A program made the translations under genes and the position numbers. The notes below the pieces were generated by a model that saw nothing but the letters and a program-made list of their open reading frames with translations, was not told the origin of the DNA and did no database searches. A stretch of 64,000 nucleotides of DNA from a virus: IMG/VR virus record IMGVR_UViG_3300010354_000065, positions 10,808 to 74,807 of that record; one strand, given 5' to 3'. Positions 10,113 to 20,812 of this stretch are shown here, one piece after another; positions within the stretch are counted from its first letter, which is position 1, and the number at the start of each line of letters is the position of its first letter.

Positions 10113-12218
10113 TTACTTGATGAACTGTATAAACATTTTAACAGACGAGTTAGCAGTTGTCTGTTGGAATTTTATTGCAAGAGCTGTTGTATTTATCGCA
10201 GTAGAAAAGTTACCTAAATTAGCTGTTGCTGGAGCAGCAACGGTACCGTAAATGGTAAGCGTTACATCGTTTGCTGAAGCAGAGTGAGCAAATATCATCT
10301 CTTGTGTTGATACGTTAGCTCCACTGAAGGATGTTACTGTAGCTGTTATTTTTGCAGCTCTGTATCCAACCGGTTTCGTTAAAACAAGAACGTCTACTGG
10401 GGACGCTGTTGTTGTACCAAGATTTGAGTTAGCGACAACGTGTAGAACAACGTCTGATTGCAGAGTGGTGTTTCCACCAACACTTAATGCACCACCAACA
10501 TTAGCGGTTGATGAAACGTTGATAAACCCTGTTACGGTTGTATTACCTGTTGCTAATGTGTTATTGATAGTAGCTACACCATTAACAGTTGCAGCACCAA
10601 CAACATTCAGCGTCGAACTTACGTTAGCAAAACCAGTTATTGTTGTATTACCGACAGCAGCGGTGTTATTAACTGTAAATGCTCCATTAACCGTTGCAGC
10701 ATCAACAACATTCAGCGTCGAACTTACGTTAGCAAAACCTGTGATTGAAGTGTTACCTGTTGCTAATGTGTTGTTAATTGTTGCAGCACCATTTACAGTT
10801 GCGGCGCCCACAACGTTTAGTGTTGTTGATACGTTTGCAAAGCCAGTAATAGATGTATTACCTGTTGCTAATGTATTGTTGATCGTTGCAGCACCGTTAA
10901 CTGTTGCAGCACCCACAACATTCAATGTTGAACTTACGTTAGCAAATCCTGTAATCGATGTGTTACCAGTTGCCAATGTATTATTAATAGTAGCTGCACC
11001 GTTAACAGTTGCAGCACCTACGACATTTAATGTCGATGATACATTTGCAAAACCTGTAATTGATGTGTTACCAGCTGCTAGTGTTGTTGATACGTTTGCA
11101 AAACCTGTTATGGTAACGTTACCTGATGCAACAGTGTTTGCTACAGTAACAGCACCGTTAACCGTTAACGTACTACGTAGATTAACAGCTCCACCAACGT
11201 TAGCTGTTGAGGAAATGTTTGCAAATCCAGTTATTGTTGTGTTTCCAACAGCTGCTGTGTTGTTAACCGTGAATGCTCCGTTAACAGTTGCAGCACCTAC
11301 AACGTTTAATGTGGAAGATACGTTAGCAAATCCTGTTACAGTTGTATTACCAACCGCTGCTGTGTTGTTAACTGTCAGAGCACCATTTACTGTTGCTGGA
11401 CCGACCACATTTAACGCTGTTGTAACGTTTGCTGTTGTTAGAGTCGTAATACCGATTACGTTTAATGTATTTGATAACGACGTAGCATTAACAACTGTTA
11501 AATTGCCTGTGACCGAAACACTGTTGACACTTACCGTCAAAGCGGTTACAGTACTGTTGCCAGTGAGCTGAATACTATTAACAGAGGTATTGCCTTTTAG
11601 AGTGGTGTTACCCGTGATAGTGCTTACAGCTTGAACGCCAAACGCTGTTGCGTTAATATTTGTATTTGCATTTTGTAAGGATACATTTGAGGTAACTGAC
11701 ACGTTACCCGTTTGTATTGTCATTAGTGCGGTGTTGACAAATACATTAGAGCTATTTAAATACGCGTTTGAAGAGAGCTCTATTCTACCGCCACTAAAAA
11801 TAGTTGCGACTGTATTGCCTATCATGTAGGTAGAGTCAATAATTACATTAGCCTGCACATTGGCTAATGTACCTTCAACTATGAAGCTCTGTGTGTTAGA
11901 GTAAAAGTATCCTGTTGAATTATAAATTGCAACGTTACTAGAAAACGAAGTATTACTTCCAGTGAAATTTGCGTTTGATGTTACACCCAGATTGGCCGAC
12001 GTGCTAACGTTACCACCACGAAGCGTTGTTCCAACGCCAATAGTATTTGCTGCAAATACACCTATTAGTTGCGAATTACCCGATACTTGAGCGCCACCAG
12101 CAGTGTTATTGGCTGTAAGAGCCTGAGTAGTGAAAGTGTCAGCCATCTGGTTGGTAATACCAATCCAGGTCGCAAAAGAGTCTGTCGATATAACAACGTT
12201 AGCTATTGATCTTGCCAT
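10113..12218 (-). CDS. tail fibre-like beta-helix repeat protein
   Basis: N-terminal TDSFATWIGITN motif resembles T4-like fibre/baseplate attachment segments; 35-aa tandem repeats. Confidence 0.7.
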   Translation of the reverse strand: MARSIANVVISTDSFATWIGITNQMADTFTTQALTANNTAGGAQVSGNSQLIGVFAANTIGVGTTLRGGNVSTSANLGVTSNANFTGSNTSFSSNVAIYNSTGYFYSNTQSFIVEGTLANVQANVIIDSTYMIGNTVATIFSGGRIELSSNAYLNSSNVFVNTALMTIQTGNVSVTSNVSLQNANTNINATAFGVQAVSTITGNTTLKGNTSVNSIQLTGNSTVTALTVSVNSVSVTGNLTVVNATSLSNTLNVIGITTLTTANVTTALNVVGPATVNGALTVNNTAAVGNTTVTGFANVSSTLNVVGAATVNGAFTVNNTAAVGNTTITGFANISSTANVGGAVNLRSTLTVNGAVTVANTVASGNVTITGFANVSTTLAAGNTSITGFANVSSTLNVVGAATVNGAATINNTLATGNTSITGFANVSSTLNVVGAATVNGAATINNTLATGNTSITGFANVSTTLNVVGAATVNGAATINNTLATGNTSITGFANVSSTLNVVDAATVNGAFTVNNTAAVGNTTITGFANVSSTLNVVGAATVNGVATINNTLATGNTTVTGFINVSSTANVGGALSVGGNTTLQSDVVLHVVANSNLGTTTASPVDVLVLTKPVGYRAAKITATVTSFSGANVSTQEMIFAHSASANDVTLTIYGTVAAPATANLGNFSTAINTTALAIKFQQTTANSSVKMFIQFIK
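10500..11460 (-). repeat. 35-aa (105-bp) coding tandem repeat TGNTSITGFANVSSTLNVVGAATVNGAATINNTLA
   Basis: about 8-9 degenerate copies in the translation. Confidence 0.85.
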
Positions 12219-12432
12219 TTGTATTTCCGTTAATTAACTGTTTCAGTAAATCCTTAAACTCTCTTACGTCTTTTTGAAGATCAGAAACTGTTTCTTCAAG
12301 CTGCTGCTGTCTTAATACAAACGCTCTTTCACTTTTAAAACGCTCGTAGCCAGCCTTATCAATATTTAGAATTGCTTTTGAGCTGGGATCCTTGACATAG
12401 TTTGGATCATCGGTACCTAACAGTTGCCTCAT
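12199..12432 (-). CDS. small T4-like hypothetical protein with C-terminal coiled coil
   Basis: YVKDPSSKAILN motif then coiled coil; follows the DUF4815-like gene as in T4-like cyanophages. Confidence 0.65.
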   Translation of the reverse strand: MRQLLGTDDPNYVKDPSSKAILNIDKAGYERFKSERAFVLRQQQLEETVSDLQKDVREFKDLLKQLINGNTNGKINS

Positions 12433-14462
12433 GCCGAGACCGCCACTGCTTGAAGATCGTCAACAAAAGGTATACTTGTATTATCACTAGACAATAATAC
12501 AACCTTAACAGCAAAGCTGTCATAAGATTGGAACTTTGCTAACTGTCCATTAAAATACGTAAGCATATTGAAATTTTGCTTATCTAGATATGCAGTGTTT
12601 TTATCTGTTACTTTATCTACGTAGAAACCGGACTCTAGATTTGTAACGGTTGTATTAGAAATGGCTTTTGATAAAGTTAAAGATGACGTGTTAGCAGCAA
12701 TAACCGTATCAACGATATAAACCATACTATTGCCTGAATGATACACTCTTACAACATCATCGACTGTAATATCGGTATTAACAGTTCCTGATGAACCACG
12801 AATAAGACCGTTTGCATTAACAGCAAAATTACCTGATATTTTTGTGCCTGGCGGGGAAAATGGAACATCATACCCCAAATCTCTGAAATCATTTATGTTT
12901 GAGGGGTTTGATGTAACCCCTATGGAAGCAGAGTTTAAAGATAATTCTGTCCAATTCTTTTTATCAAACGCCTCGTTGTCCGCGGAGTTGTAAAACTTTG
13001 CATATACCTTTACGTCCGAATTTGCTGGTTTAAATGCCTTAAGATATACTTTTAAATCTTCAGCAAATTGGTTATCAATTAATTGAACTTGATTTCCAAC
13101 ATACCGCGCTTGTGCTACACCGCGGTTTACAGCTTCATTTGTGGTGCTATTGTTTATGTTATAACGTTCTACAAACACATCAAGGTCTTCTTTACGGATG
13201 AAAGGACTTGTATAAGGGTTAGAAGAGCTCAGTGTCATTTCACCATGAAATGATTTGAATGGTGTTGCAGCTGTTACTTCGTTTGTACGAGATGCAAGAG
13301 AGGCATCATAAGTATTAATATACTCGCGCTTACCTAATTTTGTTTCTACTTTACGGCTCGTGCTTACTGAACCGCCAACATTAGCAAAATTAGCTGTCAA
13401 GGAAATAGATGTTTGTGGGGGTGTTGTAGCGTTGTAATTAGGTACCACATTGTTGACTCTCGTGTTTGCAATAGCTGTTATGTTAGCTGTTGCCCCGGAG
13501 TCCAATCCACGAATAGTAGTTCCTGTTGTAAGATATAGAGTAGATGTTGCTGTTGAATCTTGAATAACAAACCTATCGTTTATTGTAGAATATTCAAACA
13601 ACCTACCAGTTACAGTTTTGTAGTATTGAGCACTCGCAACAGTAAAACTTGGTGGCTGCGTTAGTACAAGGTGTGTTGCATTAGTAACGGAATTTACTGT
13701 ACGAATATTTACATTGCTACCACCATCTGTGATAACGATCTTGTCACCAACAACTACGTCAGTGGTAAAGAGTGTGCTCGTACCAACCAAATTTGTTGAA
13801 ACAGCTGATACGTTAACATTGCCTGTTAAAGCAGATCTTTGTTGAAAGACTTCTTCACCACCTAAAAATGTACCTGACACAGAACTAACTGTAAGAAGCT
13901 CATATGGACGGTTTTTAATCTTTATTGTTTTTGTCAAAGAGCTAAACTTTGCAACTCTGATTTGGAAATTTAAATCTGTATCTGTAAGAGGAGTTAAAAC
14001 ATAACCGTTTGTTATTTTGTAAGCATTACCATCAACAATACCAGACGAAACTTGTGTTATTGACGTTGATGAAACTGAAGTTTTGCCTGCTTTATTAGCA
14101 AATACCTGAAAGTCAGTATCACCACCATCAAACTTAATTAAAAAACAATATTTTCTGTCCGTACTAACACATAGCGGCTTTGAAAAAGTAAATGTCGTTG
14201 CTGTAGCTCCTGTTGTACTCACGGAAATATCATCATATTCTTTACGCGCTGTGTCTAAAGGAATGCTAGACAAATCAGGAGTCCCATCTTCTTTAACACT
14301 ACAAAGAGCTAACGTAACACCTGGACTCTCAATGCCCGTCGTTGTTTTACCAACTACTGGCTTTGCTCTGAAGTACAGATTTATAGAAGCAATAAAACAT
14401 ACTTCTGCGTTTTGTACAGCAGCTTTATCAAGAAAAAACGTTTGTCCTAAATCGTAGCTCAT
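12429..14462 (-). CDS. virion structural protein, C-terminal part of a DUF4815/VrlC-like baseplate protein
   Basis: starts YDLGQTFF (equivalent to the DPLAQTF motif), DLNFQIRVAKF, ends FAVKVVL..PFVDDLQAVA. Confidence 0.7.
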   Translation of the reverse strand: MSYDLGQTFFLDKAAVQNAEVCFIASINLYFRAKPVVGKTTTGIESPGVTLALCSVKEDGTPDLSSIPLDTARKEYDDISVSTTGATATTFTFSKPLCVSTDRKYCFLIKFDGGDTDFQVFANKAGKTSVSSTSITQVSSGIVDGNAYKITNGYVLTPLTDTDLNFQIRVAKFSSLTKTIKIKNRPYELLTVSSVSGTFLGGEEVFQQRSALTGNVNVSAVSTNLVGTSTLFTTDVVVGDKIVITDGGSNVNIRTVNSVTNATHLVLTQPPSFTVASAQYYKTVTGRLFEYSTINDRFVIQDSTATSTLYLTTGTTIRGLDSGATANITAIANTRVNNVVPNYNATTPPQTSISLTANFANVGGSVSTSRKVETKLGKREYINTYDASLASRTNEVTAATPFKSFHGEMTLSSSNPYTSPFIRKEDLDVFVERYNINNSTTNEAVNRGVAQARYVGNQVQLIDNQFAEDLKVYLKAFKPANSDVKVYAKFYNSADNEAFDKKNWTELSLNSASIGVTSNPSNINDFRDLGYDVPFSPPGTKISGNFAVNANGLIRGSSGTVNTDITVDDVVRVYHSGNSMVYIVDTVIAANTSSLTLSKAISNTTVTNLESGFYVDKVTDKNTAYLDKQNFNMLTYFNGQLAKFQSYDSFAVKVVLLSSDNTSIPFVDDLQAVAVSA

Positions 14463-14503
14463 TACTAGCCTTTGTTTTAAATATGTTTAAATAAACGATA
14501 TCT

Positions 14504-14989
14504 TTACCACGTAGACACCTGATATCCTGTATCAACAACAGGAGTGGTAGCAACTTCAACCGGTGCTTGATATGGTTTGTTAATTATTTGATATTCATTC
14601 TCTGGTGGAATATAAACTGATATTTGAAGCTGTGTTGTGAAAAAAGAGTCTGATGTCTCTTCAAAACCAACACCAAGAGAAGACTGGCTTTGATTAACAA
14701 CACTCAATTCTTTTGTACCAGCAATTGATGCAGCAATTCGCTGCCCTTCAGCTACAGTCGTTGCAGCTGTTGATGCACCACTCTGATAATAAAAATCAAA
14801 TGTTACTTTCCCATCACTATCTGTTACTATAGGATCGCCCAAGTTACCGTTGAGTGGCTTGATTTGTGTAGATGGAACAAGATTTCGTTCAAAGTAACAA
14901 TAGTGAGTTGTCAATGGCCTCATACCATAAAGAGTTACAGTAAAAACCTGATCTCTTACTGTAAAATATAAATTTGTTTCGGTTGCCAT
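14504..14989 (-). CDS. virion structural protein, middle part of the DUF4815-like protein
   Basis: GMRPLTTHYCYFE, IVTDSDGKVTFDF and GTKEL motifs match the central module of these proteins. Confidence 0.6.
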   Translation of the reverse strand: MATETNLYFTVRDQVFTVTLYGMRPLTTHYCYFERNLVPSTQIKPLNGNLGDPIVTDSDGKVTFDFYYQSGASTAATTVAEGQRIAASIAGTKELSVVNQSQSSLGVGFEETSDSFFTTQLQISVYIPPENEYQIINKPYQAPVEVATTPVVDTGYQVSTW

Positions 14990-15014
14990 GCTACTATATT
15001 TTCCTTGTTAGATT

Positions 15015-18000
15015 TTACCAAAACTTCCACCACGGTCTGCTTGGAGCAGGCGGTGGAGGTGGTGGTGCATCCTCGGTAATAATACGCTCACCACGAGATT
15101 TTATTGAAAAGGAGGCTGGTGAAACAGAACCCGAACCAATAAATCTTACATCCTGGCCATCGCCGTTAATTGCAATATTTTTAACACTTTGATTTACTAA
15201 TACTTCTGTTGTATACGGTAGCATTGCAAATCCGTTAACCACACAAGCATTAGTGTCTGTATCCGTTAAATCAAAATCAGACTCAATATTTAGCTGGGAA
15301 AACGAAGGTTGAAGAATACCTCTTTCGCCTGCTATATTAGTTGTAAACTCACGGTGTGTTGCATCTGACTTTGTATAATCACTGAATGGGTCAACAAAGA
15401 AAGCGTTTTTAAATCGATTTGTGGTTATAGTGACCCCACTCGGTATCACTAGTTCTTTTATTTTTTGTTCAATGAAATTAAGACTTACTTTGTTTTCAAC
15501 AATATCTAGTCGCTTGTCAATTAAACCAATATCCCTCATTGTGTAAACACGGTTCTGAGCATCGTTAATGTTCTTGGTTACATCAAGGGTAATCAACGAG
15601 CTACCATATCGTTGTGATACTAACGTGTCTTGTGATATGATTTCTTTACCCGCAAATTCCGTTGTTTGTGTGTTTAGAATCGAAGGAAGAGATGGGTATG
15701 GGGGAATAGAAAGAACAGCAAGCGTTACTGTGTGGGGCGGTTCATCAGGAGTGACAGGATCATTTAGAGCTGGTGTTCCCTCCAAGACTTTGAAACTTCC
15801 ATTACTTGTTACAACAACACGATCTTTTCTTCTGTTATAATAAGAAGCCTGGAAGGTTATTGTTGAATCTGGAGCAGGAAAGTATTTTGCTGCGCTGCTT
15901 AGGTTAAACGTATTTGACGGATTGACTGTAGCACCAGCAACGGTTGTAGATACGTTAGCTGTGTTTGCCGCATAAGGACGGAAATCAAACGTATTACGGA
16001 CATCAACATACTTGCCTTGGCTTGTATACAACTCAGGTATCTCTAAAAGATTCACTGTCGATGTTGAACTTGCTAAGTTCGCTGTATCGTTTATGTCATA
16101 TGAATCAATGGTAAATACACCTTCACCTCCACCATTAGTAAACACGTCAATCTTAGCTAAAATAAATTGATTTGTATTTACAGCAAGTGTTGATGGTGTT
16201 GTTTTTAGCTTCAACTGTGCTAAACGGTAAACGTTTTCATCATCAGCAGAATCAACAACGAAATATTTTGTAACATCAGAAACTGTCGTATTCGTTGTTG
16301 TACCAACGTTGGTCGCATTTCCTAAGTAAATATTTTTTATACGAACGGCGCCGGGTAATCCTAAAGACCATGGGCCAGTATTACTACCTGCGTTGTTACT
16401 TGTGTGAATTTTAACAAAAACGTCGCGATTAATAGTCTTTGCGACAGGCGTTGTAGTAACAGACTTCACATTGTATGTGACAACTGCATTAGCTGCAACG
16501 TTAGTAGAGACCCCTAAGCTTAGAGTTGCTGTCTTACTTGTTCCTGATATTGTTATAGTGCGTGATGTTCTACCAAACGACACAGGATACAGAGCTGGGA
16601 AATAAAGGGTAGCATTAGCAGCAGTCATTGCTGTTGGTGCTGTTGTCAGAAACGCATGTGTATTATTTGCAACCGACTTAATTTGCAAATGTTGGTTAGC
16701 TGTCGAATTGGCACATCTTATAAAATCACCAGGTGCAATATCAGAAATAAAGGTTGTACCAGTACCGACAATGAGAGTGTTTGCATATACCGCTATACTT
16801 GTGCCGGTTATGTTAGCACTCGCTTCAAATGGCTCCGTGGGGATAGCTATGAAATCTTTTTCCTGTGTAGCCGACAAAGCACCATCACTATAAGGGAATT
16901 CAAAACCAGATCCAAGAGGACCAATTGCTAAAGTTCCTCCTGTACCAAACGTAGGAGCTTCATCAGACACTGTTCTATACGTATATGATATGTTATCTAA
17001 CGAATTTACTGCATTTGCTTTGATTGGAAACAGCATCTGATTACGAGACACATCATAAAGCTTCGAAACGTTTGCTCCAATAGTTGCATCTTGTACGCGA
17101 ACCACGTCAGCAATTGCATCTTGCGTAGCTCCATTAGAGTATAGAGCTTTAACGTCACGGAACGAGTATCCGGAATTCATATCAATATCAAATAAGTAAG
17201 CTCTATAAGTGGCTTCTTTTGTCCCAGGATCACCTGAATCTAATACCAAAGAACGAATTCTTGCAGTTCCAATTTTACTACCGGCTGGAGTGATCGTTCC
17301 ATTTGTAGTGGTTATATTATTAAGACCCGTAATGATTGTTTTTGCAGTATCATACAAATCAATACTTGCACCAGTTTTAAAATCAAACACACCAGCAAGC
17401 TCGTTAACTATTGCATAATTACCATAGTTAACGGTGATTGATTGAGATGCTAGATTTGTTGTCGTTGAAGAACGAGCAACATTAAGATAATTATTGTAGC
17501 TTGTGGCTACCCTATATCCTTCAATATAAGCAATACCTGGATCAATCACTACATCAACATAGCTCGTGTTGGGAGTGGCCTTTTCTTTTGTTGTGACGTT
17601 AAAACGATCAATTACATAATTACCGCTCGTCTCGGAGGTACGACGCGCAAGCTCATCTGCGATTGTTGTAAAGACTGTTGTCCTGTTTTCTTTATAGGGT
17701 AGTCCGTTTTTCCACTCAGCGAGAGCAAAGAAATCTACATTTGCTGCTGCTTGATCTATTGTTAATGTTGTCAGTACAGGAGTCAGTTGTAAACGATCTG
17801 CTCCTGGTGCTGTAAAGTTTGTTGTTCCTGATGCATTATCTAAAAGAGATTCATCCTCATTGCTATCAACATAGTTTTCTATTGTTTTAAAACCAACCGT
17901 AATGTTGTTTGGTGTTGTTGTATACTTGTCAATAATAATACTCTGCTTATCAACACGCAAGAAATGTCCCTTCTGGTATATGATACCTTCTGAAACACCA

Positions 18001-19031
18001 AAAGCATAACCAGTACCAATAGCATTAACCGTAGAATTAGCGACTGTTATTTTTGCTTTATAATTCTGAGCAAGTAAGTCGAGGTTTTGAACCGTTGCTG
18101 TTGTATTTGAAGATTTAACAGTAATCCATGGCAAGAATACATAATCTTCTCCATTATCACTGAGAGTTAAAGCTTGTACAATACCACTTGTATCAGTTGT
18201 GAGTAATGCTGAAGCGCCTGATCCAATTAACGAAACTACGTTCGCTGTTGCACCAGAAGTTGCACCAACAACGGTGTAAGGAGATTCGAAAGTCCATGCA
18301 ACTGCATTAACGGCTGTGTTCGTCAAGTCCTGATTACGAGGAGCAACACTAAGGACTGTAGTACATGCAATTGCTGTTGTGTTGATAGCTTTAATAACAC
18401 CTTGAGCACCAGTCGTTGACTGTGTGATAACTTCGCCGTTAGAAAACGTACCTGTTACGTTTGCCAACTTGAGAGCACTTTGAATTACAACTGTGTCTGA
18501 ATTAGAAAATCCTACACCACCGTTCAAAACATTTATCTTGAACAATGGGTAATTTTCACCAAACACTGTAAGCTGTTCATTGGGTGAAAATGAAGTGTAC
18601 ACAGCGCTGCTGTTTGCAGGATCTGGGTCTGAGCTGTTTGTATAACGGACATAAATTGTTTTTAAGTCTGGATTACTTGATTCAAGTCCATCTTTATAGT
18701 CTAAAACTCGAGCTGTCAAATTAAGACTGCTTTTCACAAAATAGTTAACATAGCTTGAAGGCAACGAAGGTTGTCCATCTACCTGTACATCAAGTATTTT
18801 GACATATGAATATGTTGGGAGATAATTAAAGTTAACGCCACTTAGTATGGTGCCTGATTTGAAAACATGACTGCCAAATCTTTCTATTTGATTTTGCAGT
18901 AATGATTGTAACTGATTCAGTTCACGAGTTTGTACAGCTACACCAGGTTTAAAAAGGATTCTATAAAAATCCTTTTCTTCGTTTAAATCATCGTAATAAG
19001 GACTTACGTTGAGTGAATTTTCTAATGGCAT
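15015..19031 (-). CDS. DUF4815-like large baseplate/virion protein, N-terminal part
   Basis: LNVSPYYDD, FYRILFKPGVAVQTRELNQLQSLLQNQIERFG, APGADRL, LARRT.E.SGNY, NRFKNAFFVDPF. Confidence 0.8.
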   Translation of the reverse strand: MPLENSLNVSPYYDDLNEEKDFYRILFKPGVAVQTRELNQLQSLLQNQIERFGSHVFKSGTILSGVNFNYLPTYSYVKILDVQVDGQPSLPSSYVNYFVKSSLNLTARVLDYKDGLESSNPDLKTIYVRYTNSSDPDPANSSAVYTSFSPNEQLTVFGENYPLFKINVLNGGVGFSNSDTVVIQSALKLANVTGTFSNGEVITQSTTGAQGVIKAINTTAIACTTVLSVAPRNQDLTNTAVNAVAWTFESPYTVVGATSGATANVVSLIGSGASALLTTDTSGIVQALTLSDNGEDYVFLPWITVKSSNTTATVQNLDLLAQNYKAKITVANSTVNAIGTGYAFGVSEGIIYQKGHFLRVDKQSIIIDKYTTTPNNITVGFKTIENYVDSNEDESLLDNASGTTNFTAPGADRLQLTPVLTTLTIDQAAANVDFFALAEWKNGLPYKENRTTVFTTIADELARRTSETSGNYVIDRFNVTTKEKATPNTSYVDVVIDPGIAYIEGYRVATSYNNYLNVARSSTTTNLASQSITVNYGNYAIVNELAGVFDFKTGASIDLYDTAKTIITGLNNITTTNGTITPAGSKIGTARIRSLVLDSGDPGTKEATYRAYLFDIDMNSGYSFRDVKALYSNGATQDAIADVVRVQDATIGANVSKLYDVSRNQMLFPIKANAVNSLDNISYTYRTVSDEAPTFGTGGTLAIGPLGSGFEFPYSDGALSATQEKDFIAIPTEPFEASANITGTSIAVYANTLIVGTGTTFISDIAPGDFIRCANSTANQHLQIKSVANNTHAFLTTAPTAMTAANATLYFPALYPVSFGRTSRTITISGTSKTATLSLGVSTNVAANAVVTYNVKSVTTTPVAKTINRDVFVKIHTSNNAGSNTGPWSLGLPGAVRIKNIYLGNATNVGTTTNTTVSDVTKYFVVDSADDENVYRLAQLKLKTTPSTLAVNTNQFILAKIDVFTNGGGEGVFTIDSYDINDTANLASSTSTVNLLEIPELYTSQGKYVDVRNTFDFRPYAANTANVSTTVAGATVNPSNTFNLSSAAKYFPAPDSTITFQASYYNRRKDRVVVTSNGSFKVLEGTPALNDPVTPDEPPHTVTLAVLSIPPYPSLPSILNTQTTEFAGKEIISQDTLVSQRYGSSLITLDVTKNINDAQNRVYTMRDIGLIDKRLDIVENKVSLNFIEQKIKELVIPSGVTITTNRFKNAFFVDPFSDYTKSDATHREFTTNIAGERGILQPSFSQLNIESDFDLTDTDTNACVVNGFAMLPYTTEVLVNQSVKNIAINGDGQDVRFIGSGSVSPASFSIKSRGERIITEDAPPPPPPAPSRPWWKFW

Positions 19032-19041
19032 GTGTTATCTC

Positions 19042-20805
19042 TCAAAACTGCAGAATTAATTTGATGGTTTCTGACTGTGAACTCGATCGCGAAATTGGTG
19101 ACTCATTTTCCAAGTAAATTATTTCACCAGAATGTTTTACTAGATCAGGGGCGTATGCAAACAAAAGATTAGCGGTCGCGCTTGAGTTTACCCCGATAAG
19201 TGTGTTGCCTGTATTTAGAACACCCTTCACATGCGTAACATACAAGTTTGAGGATGTATTGCTGTGAAATACAGCATTGGCTAGTTGTAAATCAGTTTGA
19301 TACACCGTCTCATCTTGCTGGAATGTTCCTGTTATAGGAAGGAACGTGTATCGATACCTTTGATCAAAGGTATTGAAATTTTTCACCTGACCGTTTATCT
19401 GATACGAACTAACAGTACCTGAAGCATTGGATGAAGCGCCGGAAACAATTTGTGAGGTTACAAATATACCATTTACATTTGTTAATGTAAGTGTACTGAT
19501 TGTATCCCATTCTGTAACAACACCTGTTGCATTAGAAACGTTTTGAGACACTGTCTCGCCAATTGTAAATGAACCGCTTGGTGAAGAAAGTGTTAAAGCA
19601 ACATTTGAAAATAAAGGATCTTTAAGAAGTCCTAATGTTCTATAATCATTTACAACGGGGATAGTACCTACTTCACTATTAGCAAATGTTACACTTATAC
19701 ACAACGACGTACCAAGCAATTCATACTCTGGATTTGACCCATGACCACCTTTTGGACCCATATCAACTCGCAATATTGCAGCATTAGATGTGCCACCTGT
19801 ATTACCAGTAACTGTTGCTGATGCCCACGTGTAGTTCCGACCACGGTTTATAATTTCTATGCGAGAAATTGTGTTTGCAGCTGATGTGTTTACTATAGCA
19901 CGTGCTTCTGCATGATCCCCATCACCATCTATAACTACTGCTGGTGTTATTTCATATGTCGTACCTGCATTTGGATTGGTTGCAAATGCGCTTGCAAGAA
20001 CAATAGTCTTTGAACCGCCTATCACATAATAATCAACAATACGTCTACCTTGCCCTGCACCCGCACCCCCAGTGAGGTATATGTAACTTCCTGTGTAAAA
20101 ATTGTTTGCAGAGGAAGCATTGTTAGCAATGTAGTATAAAGTGTCATCACCACCAATACGAACATCGTCTGATTCAAATGTTCCATTTAAAGAAGTGTTA
20201 TAATTTGAACCACGATATGTTACGCCTATAACATCAATAGCACCCGCTACAGCATTACCTGTAACAGCAGAGTTAGCAAACACAGGAATCAGATTCGCTG
20301 TCCCAAACTTTGAAAGATTTGAGTTTGTAATACTATACATATACTTCCATTGATATCCATCATTGGTAGCATAATATTCATCGTTGGCTGATGTTTGATT
20401 TATATCTGGTGCATTCACCGATACTGCGTTACCGTTATTATCCAAACATTTGAAAACGTGGTGTGAGGATCCTCCATCTACTACAACAAAATATTGTTTT
20501 TCTGTTAAATCTTCATTACTTCTGTATGCAGCATATTGTGTGTTTGAAGTCCAATTATAACGTGGTATCATAACAGCTACATCGCTTGCTGCTACTCGTT
20601 TACCAAAAACCATTTCTTCAAAAGGATCAGTGAGTGTGTTTTCTAAAGTATTTGACAGACTTGGTATAACACCATCGCCGCCCGTATAGGGTACATGTCG
20701 TGCTGCAAAAACATAATAAACGCTATTCGCAGTCTCGTTAATAGACTCTTTGAACTGGTTTACGTTATGCAAACGAAAATAATTTGTAATTAATTGTGTT
20801 GACAT
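19042..20805 (-). CDS. gp8: baseplate wedge protein gp8-like
   Basis: IPRYNWTS, VFKCLDNN, DGYQWKYMYSI, PKGGHGSNP, SGEIIYLEN..E.IKLILQF; ATG at 20805 (MSTQ) preferred because it avoids overlap. Confidence 0.85.
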   Translation of the reverse strand: MSTQLITNYFRLHNVNQFKESINETANSVYYVFAARHVPYTGGDGVIPSLSNTLENTLTDPFEEMVFGKRVAASDVAVMIPRYNWTSNTQYAAYRSNEDLTEKQYFVVVDGGSSHHVFKCLDNNGNAVSVNAPDINQTSANDEYYATNDGYQWKYMYSITNSNLSKFGTANLIPVFANSAVTGNAVAGAIDVIGVTYRGSNYNTSLNGTFESDDVRIGGDDTLYYIANNASSANNFYTGSYIYLTGGAGAGQGRRIVDYYVIGGSKTIVLASAFATNPNAGTTYEITPAVVIDGDGDHAEARAIVNTSAANTISRIEIINRGRNYTWASATVTGNTGGTSNAAILRVDMGPKGGHGSNPEYELLGTSLCISVTFANSEVGTIPVVNDYRTLGLLKDPLFSNVALTLSSPSGSFTIGETVSQNVSNATGVVTEWDTISTLTLTNVNGIFVTSQIVSGASSNASGTVSSYQINGQVKNFNTFDQRYRYTFLPITGTFQQDETVYQTDLQLANAVFHSNTSSNLYVTHVKGVLNTGNTLIGVNSSATANLLFAYAPDLVKHSGEIIYLENESPISRSSSQSETIKLILQF

Positions 20806-20812
20806 ATTTCGC

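Noticed and set aside
10465-11571. 368-aa plus-strand ORF
   Set aside because: Antisense shadow of the Thr/Val/Ala/Asn repeat gene; stop-free because of codon composition
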